From Vezdaea acicularis (Eukaryota), in contig JAPEUI010000078.1 of the NCBI GenBank assembly GCA_026025075.1, forward strand, positions 62,001 through 85,027: 23,027 nucleotides of DNA, in the 5' to 3' direction. The position numbers and the translations under genes are program-made. The notes below the pieces were generated by a model. That model was not told the origin of the DNA. It did not search any database and saw only the letters and a list, made by a program, of their open reading frames with translations. Every line of letters begins with the position of its first letter. Position 1 is the stretch's first letter. Of the stretch, positions 1 through 9,385 are shown piece by piece.

Positions 1-240
1 TAACCACCGAAATACCAGACCCGTTTGCCGTTGGACAGTACCCCTCCGCTCGCTTGTCTGCAGGGGGCAGGATGTGCATTCTTCTGGATCCGCGCGCTGG
101 CAACACGGAGGTGAACTGCTGATAAGAATAGGCAGCTCTGCCTAACACTCGACACCCATCAGCCTGCCCAGGCATGAGTTGGGCCATGTAACGCGCCAAA
201 GCCATATGTAGCATAGATCTTGAGAGCTTCAAAATCTCCA

Positions 241-1944
241 ATGCCACGAAAGAAAGCAACCAAAGGCAAAGGAGTCGTGGCATCAATAGCTTCTGCAGGC
301 GGAGTAGGCCCAGCCATCGCGACCAATCCCAAGGTACTTCGAAGGAATCATCCACAAAACATGGCTGACTTGACGCAGCATCCAAGGAAGGCAAAAGTGG
401 CCGAGCAATCACTAAGCGTGCACCCGTCACAAAGGTATAACCTTAGGCAGCGAAAGCCAGAGGTAGCTGCTCCTTTGCAAAGAGAGACCGTTCGATCGAC
501 AAACCAAAAGGGCAAAGCGAGCAAGAAAGTGCCGTCAAAAGTGATATCGGCCAAGTCGACGCCGCCTGCTACTCGTCAGGAGGCAATAAGTCGACCCGTC
601 CTTGTAAGTACTAGCACCAATTGTACAAGTCTTCAAACCTAAGCAGATCAACAGCCAGATCTGATCCAGTCTTGGGCGAAAGGAGTATCTGGAGATATCT
701 CGGTAGAAGAATTACCGACTGAAACCTCCACTCGCCAGCTCACTGCAGTAGACAATAACGAAGATATTGCTGCGTGGTATCGGAGCTTTGGATACGCGTC
801 ACCGGGTCGGACAGACCCTTCATCGGACGAAATGGCATCCGAGGTTACTCCTTCTCAACAACCGTCTGAAGTCGTGTCCCAAAACAAAAAGGGCAAAAAT
901 GCGAATTTGCCAGTTAAAGCGACTGATAGGCTGTTTATCGATGAGCTGATACTTCGAAATATTAACGTAAAGGCGTCAGTGGATCAAGAGAAAAAGACAA
1001 TTGCTAAATTAATCCTGACTGACAGGTCGACGAAGCCAACTAAGAAAGAGGAAGAAGATTGGAAACGTGATTTTACAAAATGTAAAGAGGAAGATGAAGC
1101 CCAAGTTCAGCGCACAATCATGATGGAGCTCCTTGACCGACATAACCTAGCAGATACACTGGATTACGTCTGTGAATCGGTGTGGAAATGCGGACCGATC
1201 CCTCGAACGAATAATATAGGGACGATAACGAGGAAGATATCGCAGCCAAAACCCGATCTTGCCATGGCTTTCAAAACATCCTGCCTCCTATCCGATCTCC
1301 GTCTCGGCAAATTAGGAGCGTTTAAAGCTCATGTGTGCCCTGAATCGCGAAAAGGTAGCAGCGCTAGCCGTGCTTTCCACTTCTTTGCAATCGAAGTCAA
1401 AGGAATGCAAGCGGAGATCAGCAACAGCACCGCACATCTCCAAAACCTCAACACAGCCAGTCAAGCCTTGCATAATATGTACCTTATTATGCGGAAGGCG
1501 GGTGATGAGGCTAAATTCTTCCGGGACGTGCGCTTCTTCTCTGCCATCGCAACAACCGCTTGCTTCGAAGTAAGAGTCCATAGAGCGGTAGAGGATAAGG
1601 AGGTCGGCATTGGGCTCGACTATCCACTTTCCTTCCATTTCGAACAGCTTCATTTGATTGAGGGAAGTTATTCCAAAGCGCAGGTCTCGGGTATCGTTAA
1701 GAATATTCTCATCGAGTACGGAGTCAAAAAGCTACTGCCCATTCTGAAGGCTTCTGTAGACGGCGTATACAAGAAAATGCGCACCGAAGAGTTGCAGTTG
1801 GCATCTCAGGCGGCGGTGAAACGACCAGCGACCGAACCCCTGGAAACTCTCCGTAGTCAACAGAGCTCCCAGCGGCAGAGGTTGAACGAGCTTAACTTCA
1901 ACGATACAGAGTCTATTCCCAGCCAAGTTATAACTGCAGGATGA
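241..1944 (+). CDS. Fungal protein of unknown function: basic low-complexity N-terminus plus C-terminal PD-(D/E)XK nuclease-like domain (550 aa, 2 exons)
   Basis: Exons 241-603 and 655-1944. Intron 604-654 has a GTAAGT donor, a CTAAG branch and an AACAG acceptor, and removes the in-frame TAA at 640-642, joining ORFs 220..642 and 832..1944. Motifs EAQVQRT, SQPKPDLAMAF, FFAIEVK and AHLQNL match the E / PD / ExK / Q order of the restriction-endonuclease-like fold. Confidence 0.75.
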
Positions 1945-2356
1945 GTCATTGAATTAATGTTGAGTACTGTTGCTGAAAGTGTAGGATATGACGATGATAT
2001 GGTAAAAAGGGCTTAAATTCGGGGGACAAAATTTTTGGCGTTTTCCCCGTACCGCCGAGGAGTACATCGGGTGATTTGACACGACTGATCTTTCATTTTT
2101 ACCACCTATCATGAGTACATATCTTCCCTGCTTGAAGTTATTGCTGTTAGGAATACGCACCGGTAGCTTACCGTTGTTTGACAAGACCTTATGCGGCTTT
2201 TCACATGCTCGTCACAAGCCATGGCTTGTCAAATGCTGTAATGATCTTTCCTAGCGGGGTGGGTTAGTGACAATAACTTCCCTCTACGATGATATACCAC
2301 TTCCACTCTCGCACTGATCGACCACGATCTTCATCAACTATAGAAATGTTATTATA

Positions 2357-2976
2357 ATGCATACTGAATCTCCCGTAGAACGAAACTTGTCGAATTCATT
2401 CGATAAGTTGAACCTACCACCATCACCACCACCAGAGCCTATCGAAAAGGTCTCTCCACACGTGTTAGAGCTGATTGCGTTTCTCCACTCACGCAGAGAC
2501 GGCCGTATCCTTCCCCGTAGGGATAAACCTTGGAACAATGTCAGATTATCGTTGAAACAGTATGACGAGTTCGAATCCTCATTAGAGAAGGATGAGCTTC
2601 TCAAAGGCTGGGTAGAAGACAAACTCTGGTAAGTCAATCTACAAGCATGTGCTATTGCTAAAGCTTATGTAATGAGAGATACGGTTGGAATCCCAGACGT
2701 CTTACTTTCACGATCCGGATGCCGACCATCACCCATGAAGCTTTTCTGGCATCGTTTGATTTTAATCTCATACATCAGCTGCAAACTTTTAGTCGTGGCT
2801 CGAATGAACCCGTTGCAAAGATTGCCCAGTAAATCCGTTCAATTAGATCAGCTGATTTGTATCTGCATGATCGAGAGAACAATAAACGGTCTCCGGATAG
2901 TCAATGGATACATGAAGAAGACCATCTATTGTTATTAGTCATCGAAGTCCCCTCTGGCCAGAAGAGGAAGGAGCTT
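2357..2976 (+). pseudogene. Disrupted, 3'-truncated gene for a fungal Uma2/restriction-endonuclease-like protein
   Basis: Exon 1 2357-2628 ends at a GTAAGT donor (2629); the likely acceptor is a degenerate GAG at 2676-2678. Exon 2 reads YGWNPRRLTFTIRMPTITHEAF...KIAQ*IRS...KRSPDSQW...LVIEVPSGQKRKEL. The splice junction creates TGA (TG|A), there is an in-frame TAA at 2830-2832, and recognisable similarity ends just after VIEV..Q. MP...HE / SPD / VIEV is the Uma2-like motif order. Confidence 0.65.
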
Positions 2977-3191
2977 CACGGAGGGACCGTCAAATATGGC
3001 TACACAGGCCTGTCATTTCACAATTTTGACGCTCCGGGGTTCAACTCATGTAAAATATTTCAGGTATCAGATGGCGTTATAATTAATCGACTCATATATA
3101 CATGATTCGTAACCAAAGTGGCCAATTAAACAAAAAACCAGCAAGAACAACGGCGTCTCGGACGCTCAGCTTGTACCCCCCCAAAAAAAGA

Positions 3192-4967
3192 TCACAACTT
3201 CTCGTGCGCAAAGTCCGGCGAATGCTCACCATCGACGTGCGCGACGGACTTCTTGCGGATGGCGCCGGCTTCCAAGTCGGCCAAGCTCTGCTTACGGCCG
3301 TCGGCGCCGCGGGCGATGGCCTCGACTTCGGCGAAGGAGACAGTGGGGACGAAGTCATTCGAGCGCCAGGCCTTGCTGACTTTGGCGTAGAGCTCGTCGA
3401 CCTGTTCGAGGGAGAGGCCCTTGGTCTCGTAGATGAGGCCCCAGACGAAGAAGATGCAGACGAGACAGCAGGTGGCCCAGATGAAGAAGACGCGGGACTT
3501 GAGGCCGGCGTAGCCCTTGCCGGTGTTGACGAGGTAGGGGGTGGAGTAGGCGATGGCCCAGTTGAGGAGCCAGTTGGAGGCGGTGGTCATGGAGAGACAC
3601 TTCGCACGGACCTTGAGGGGGAAGAGCTCGCCGGTCACGACCCAGGCGACGGGGCCCCACGAGCAGGCGAAGAAGAAGATGTAGATGCAGACGAAGGCGA
3701 TGAGGGCATTGTTGGCGGACTTGTTGCCGACGACTTTGGGGGCCCACTTGGCTTCTTCGACAGTACCTGTGATGGCGACGATGTACTGGCAGACGCACAT
3801 ACCGATGGCACCAAAGAGGAGGAGGCGGCGGCGACCCCATTTCTCGACAAGGTAGAGACCGGGGAAAGTGGAGGAGACGTTGACAACGTCGGTGATGACA
3901 GAGATGATGAAGGGGTTGGAGAAGCCGGAGTTCTTGAAGTATTGGGTTCCGTAATAGAAAATGAAGTTGATACCAGTCAGTTGCTGCAGACCCTGGAGGA
4001 GACAGCCAGTCAACAACCGCTTGCCGACAGTGCCCTTGAAGCAGTCAATATAACCAGCCTTGCCTAGCGACAATTCATAGTTGTGATTGGCTTCGACTTC
4101 AGCAAGTTCCTCAACGATAGCAGGATGTGTGACATCAAGTCTCCTTAGTCGGGAGAGAGCCTTGGCAGCTTTGTCGTGACGGCCCCGCTTGATAAGATAA
4201 CGGGGGGTTTCAGGCAAGATGATCATTCCGATGACTAGAATGAGCGCCCATGCGAATTGAACAGCAATTGGGATACGGTATGAGCCCGTATCGTTGCGAT
4301 TTTGCGTAGCATTGTTGACGATGGCTGCAAGGAATAGACCGATGGTGATGGCGAGCTGGTAGCACCCGACAATTGCGCCTCGAATCCATTTTGGCGCAGT
4401 CTCAGATTGGTAGAGAGGGACTTGGTGATCGTTAGTATGGAGGCGAGTAAGGAATGTCAGACGCTTGACAACATACCCAAGGCAGAAATTAAGCCAACAC
4501 CGAGACCAGCGAAGAAGCGGCCGGCGACAAACATCGGGATCGCGGTGGAGGCGGTTTGTAGTATTACTCCAAGCGTAAAAACACCAGTTGAGGCAATCAT
4601 TCCAATTCGACGACCCAGCAGATCACCAAACGGAGAAGCGCCTAATGCGCCAAAGAAGGTACCAGCCGAGAGAATAGATACGATTTCTGATTGTTGACTG
4701 GGAGATACATCGGGTTGACCATCTGTTGTACTGATATAACCGGTGGAGAATTGGTTTCGCCAGTATTTCATGGCAATGATACCGCCAATGGTACCTGTAT
4801 CATAACTGAAAGCAGGACGTTAGAATTGCGGTTGGAAGCCACCACGGCTAAACAGGCAGAAAAACATACCCGAACAGGATACCACCGAACGCAACGAAGA
4901 GGCCGATGATAATGGCCGGCGCTGCTGAGCCAGCCACATGGGGCGGCTTCTTGATCATGAGACCCAT
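3192..4967 (-). CDS. MFS sugar porter, high-affinity glucose transporter of the MstA/RCO-3/Snf3-related group (551 aa, 3 exons)
   Basis: Exons 4967-4870, 4805-4477 and 4420-3192 (1656 nt, in frame). Introns 4869-4806 (GTATGT..CTAAC..CAG) and 4476-4421 (GTATGT..CTAAC..AAG). Sugar-porter motifs FGYDTG, DLLGRR, PLYQSETAPKWIRG, PETPRYL, QQLTGINFIFYYG, GELFPLKVRAK and YETKGLSLEQVDEL. The N-terminus MGLMIKKPPHVAGSAAPAIIIGLFVAFGG is typical of this clade. Confidence 0.95.
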
Positions 4968-6233
4968 GATGAAGATGAGCTCCTATGGGGAAGGGAAACA
5001 AACAATGGGGGGGTATAAAACGCTCAGGAAGAAAAGAGGAGGTTGATTGTCCACGAGAAGGATTCAGGTCTGTGCGAGATCCTAGATAGTCCGGAGCGGA
5101 AGGATGGGCCCGTGGGATGTTTAAATACAAAGGAAACCGCAAGCAGCGTGAACGAGGGCTGGGGCCTTAGACCACCAATTGGCCGGTGCGATGCATAAAA
5201 GGGCCGAGCTATCCTAGACCCTTCAAGCCGGTCTCCATGGCGAGGGGCAGTATCCCTAGTCCATAGTCTGTCAGGGTTAGCCACATCTTGTGATACGCAG
5301 AGAGCCAACTGCTCGAGAGGAATACGGCCGACATCATCCATCATCGACCAGGACGGCGAGCATTAGCCGATGGGGCAACCCCAACCCATGCATTTGGGAT
5401 GTTTAAGGGTCGAACGGGACTAACTAGATCCAGGACTGGCGGGCAGCGTAGTATCGAGCCCTAGGCCAATGGCATGGGGAGGGTGCTTGCCGATGGCAAT
5501 ACTGGCGCGAGGGGATGGGAGGTAGAGAGCAGTTAGCAGTTCCCTCACTATGGTGTTCCCCTGCTCCACTCCCCATTATCACTCGCAACCTTCGGGACTC
5601 CCAATTACAGCTAGATGTCTCATCATTGATCAGCAAATTCGACTCCGTCTTGGTGAGAGGCGGCCAAGGAGTGGTACGAGTCGATGGCAATACTAGTATG
5701 CGGTCCGCCTCTTTTCCCCTGTCGTCCGTACCAGCTTCCGAGGGATCAGCGCCGAAGAGCGTCCAACCCCAGATCACATCTCGAATCACCCCTCACGCTG
5801 CACTCCACCCACGTCAGAACAGCGCCGAGCGCTATGAACTGACGCATAGACGACGTTTTTCGCGCGAGTCGAGAATAGTCGCGAGCGGCCGTTCCCCGCC
5901 GGATCGCAGGCCTCAACGGCTGCAATCATCGAGGGGCATCCTCTTTGGCCACTCTCGCGACACGACCGTCTTCTGTCGCCGGATCGCCACACTTATCACG
6001 GGTCGTCAATGTGACGTCGTTACGGAAGCCCATTTGCAACTGCCGCCATTCCCGGCCGGTCGTCTTGAAATGCGCCAGGCCGCTGGTGGCACCCGACTAC
6101 GCGTGACCAGGCGACGCCCGCACGCAGCCCATGGCGCACTGATGCGGGAAGCCATGCGATGTCGCCGAGGCAGTTCTGCAGAGTTGAAAGGGAAAACGGC
6201 ACAGTAAGCGGCGGCCAAGTCTTGTTAGCTGAG

Positions 6234-6283
6234 GCGGGGTAGAATGCGGAGGTTGGGGACGTCAAGTGGGGAATGTGGGGAAT
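6234..6283. promoter_or_regulatory. Cluster of candidate CreA/Mig1 (SYGGRG) sites upstream of the sugar transporter
   Basis: GCGGGG 6234-6239, GCGGAG 6246-6251, GTGGGG 6266-6271 and GTGGGG 6275-6280; the last two form a direct repeat of GTGGGGAAT. About 1.3 kb upstream of the transporter ATG. Motif match only. Confidence 0.45.
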
Positions 6284-6533
6284 AAAGCGGCGGCGCCATT
6301 GATCTGCCCTAGCAAGTCGTGATTGGACGGCTATGGACTAGGGCCGAAGGGTGCGTTTCCCTCTGCATGGATCGGCGTCTCTTCGGGACACGAGGACCCT
6401 TCTCGTCTCACGCCGATCGACGCTCTCATTCGCTCTCGTTTCCCTGCCTGTCTGCGTCCGGCATATGATTCGCTTCCGAAGGTCAAGGTCGTGCGTTGCT
6501 GATAGGCGTCTCGGATAAACTCAGCTCCTCACT

Positions 6534-6547
6534 CCGGAATTTTTCCG
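6534..6547 (-). promoter_or_regulatory. Candidate AmyR/COL-26-type Zn2Cys6 site (CGG-N8-CGG)
   Basis: The minus strand reads CGG AAAAATTC CGG, an exact CGG-N8-CGG with an AT-rich spacer. Motif match only. Confidence 0.35.
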
Positions 6548-9385
6548 CCGCCGCGGTTTCTCCGGGCAAGCCACAACACCATCGATCGGAGAATGTAGCG
6601 TCTGTGCCAAGCACTGGCTTTCGTTCGTCGCTGGTCCAGGGCCTCAAGACACGCCATTGTTCTGCCACCGTCTTGGTTCACCCTGTAATATCACCGACGC
6701 TACGGACTGCCACTGCATCTCAACCAACGCCATCTCGGATAAGACACGAGAGGCTCAAGCATCCGATAACCCGGATGAAAGCCCGATGGTCGGATGAATC
6801 TATGATTGGAAATCCGTCCAGACACTCTTCTCGGCACTATGTGAAGGCCAATTCCTTAGCTTACCAAGTGCTGATGGACTGTGGCTCGCAGTATAGCATG
6901 CTGCCTGACGCGGAGCTCCTCCTCAGTCGGGCTTAGCCTTTCTGTAGCCTTGACGAATAGGAGAAGTGGAGTGATGACCGATGGGAAATCGGCAAAATGG
7001 GGCCATGCGCTACGACGCGTTCTTCGGGCCTTCTGGAAGCCTTCCTCTTCCCCTCCTTCCCCGCCATCACTAGACATGACACGTTTTAAGACCACCCTGA
7101 ACAACTCTGACAGGCCGTCTTTGCTGGTATCACGGCAACGGCTGCCGCGATGTGAGGGATTGCCTTCCCATAGCTTCTCAACAGATTTTCTCACGGAACT
7201 GGAACTGTAGGCCCAGCTCCGTCCCAGTGAGAGGGTTGTGGGGAATGCGGCAGAGAACTTATGAGAAGCGGCCGGCCACCGTTAGTTGTGGATGCCGCCG
7301 TGCGGGGCAAGCATGCTCAGTAGTGATTGCCGACGTGTGATATGGATTGGGACCCGCCTAAAATCGTGCTGCAATCAGAAACAGAGGTAGACATTGCCAC
7401 GCGTCTGTGAATTCTTGACTTCCAACGGTAAGATGCTATCCTTGATTCATGGTGGGTAGGAAGACTCTCTCAGTCCTGTAGAGGAATGCTGATGGTCGCG
7501 TGATCAAGTGTCCGCGTGACCGATTACCCGGTGTAGAGTGACATAATCCGTGGTAGATCCGAAGGAGCGTTTTGCCCCAAAGTGACTCGATCTCGAGGTC
7601 TTCCAGATATCATATTTTGGAATAATGAACGGCCGGGTACGGGAAGAACCTCACCGCAGAGACTGGTGCTAGCCAAGGCTGATTCGGGATCGTTGAGCCA
7701 CATCCCGCCTGAAAGGCGTTGAAAATTGCAAAATCGTCTTCAATTTGCCTGTCGACAGTGGCGCAGAAGGGTATCTTCCGAAGATAGCCGTCGACTGTCA
7801 CGGGTACCTTGCGGGAGGCGATGTCTAGTGATCAATCCGAAGTATCATCTTCGACACGTCGCGTGAGGTGCAAACAATGTAATAGCAGCTGAAAAGCAAA
7901 ATTTCTGGCACCATCCAATCAAGCTGGCAGTTCAAAGAGGATTCTTCGCAAGAGCGGCACAATGTATGACATACATCCGCGTAGTGGAACGAATACCATT
8001 ACCACAAAATGGTCACACACACATGATGAGCCGAGGTAGACACCAAGCTGGCACGACCCACCAATAGACGAGGTGCACTCGTAATACCGGCGCGAAATGA
8101 CCAGCCGGACTCTCTAGTAAGAATTTAGCGTCTTGCACATAGTGGATAGCGGATCGAACGATGGGATCCGTCACTCCCCAAAGGTCTCGGCGGCACATGG
8201 ACGTCATTGGCACACGATCGAGATCCGGGGGCGTCGTGGCTTCGCTTAACTTCCCCAAATGTGGGGATGCCTTGGCAAGAAACTAGAGTAGTGATTGGTG
8301 TGGGTCCAATACTCTGTGCACGGTCAGGCCGAATTTTCGGGTTGATCAAGATTACTCCCTCTGCATTGACTAGAACCAGGGACTAAAAGACATCAAAGAG
8401 GCCTCATCCGTGGTTGGATTCCATCCTAACGTGGTCTCGACAGTTCTAGAGGCTAGCTTGTCCCGATTCAACGATGGTAGGGCTTGACACTCATCTCGAA
8501 ACTGCCTATTGTGGATGCTACGTTCTCAGTATCCCCTGATGACTGAACCCGCCGGTATTGGTCGGTCCTAAGAAGCCCTACTGGATATCAGCACTCTCAT
8601 TAGACACCCTAAGGTTACACTGAATTTATCAAAAGATCACCCCAGTTACAGGCCCTTGAGACATTTTTCTTCGATATCAGAATCAATCCGAGCCACAAAA
8701 AGGCGAAAGGCGAAGATCTACTTTCGACTTACAATATGTCTTTAGTCACATATTCGCCGCTTCTCCTTAAAGTCGTAATAAGGAAGTATTTGCGGCGTTT
8801 TTGATAGTATAAGCTCGGACATGTAAGCTTCTAGGCCTCAACAGGGTTCAACCCCTTCCAAGTAACGGCAGATCGGCGACTGCCCAAGAAGGAAGGTGCA
8901 CTCCCATACGTAGCACAGACAGCCTCAAACATTACATCCACGAACGGATCCACTCGCCCGCGAGGACTGTACCGTACCGTATTGATCTTACATCGGTGGT
9001 TGTGTAACTGCAGTAGATATGAAGAATTGCCCACTACTACTACAGCCCTTAAAACACGCCATGACAAACGATGCTGAGAACCAGAGCCGTGCGACTTGCA
9101 GATGAGTGCGCGATGCAGAACGCTTGCAGACAGTAGAGCTAAGCCGTTTACGTAGTAATAACATACAAGCATGAAAGCCAACCCGGCCGCCGTTATGCCC
9201 GCCTACTGCAAGTGACGAGAGAGAACTATTCTATAACCAACGTGAAATGCAAGAAACATGGAGCCCCCCAAAAGCACAGATAGTACGCCCTTTCAATATG
9301 CCAACAAGCGCTTGCGCAAAAGAAAAAATCTTGGCCAGTACATCTCCTATCCAAAGAAAATTGAAGGTTACGCTTGAGAGAGGTA

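Noticed and set aside
3102..4067. 321-aa acidic ORF on the + strand
   Set aside because: Antisense shadow of the C-ending codons of the sugar transporter; no independent motif.
5515..6207. 230-aa ORF on the + strand
   Set aside because: Arg/Ser/Pro-rich composition typical of chance ORFs in GC-rich promoter DNA; no domain or splice support.
8797..8866. tRNA-like look (TAGTATAA...GGGTTCAACCCC)
   Set aside because: A T-loop-like motif is present, but the D, anticodon and acceptor stems do not pair properly; tRNAscan-SE would settle it.
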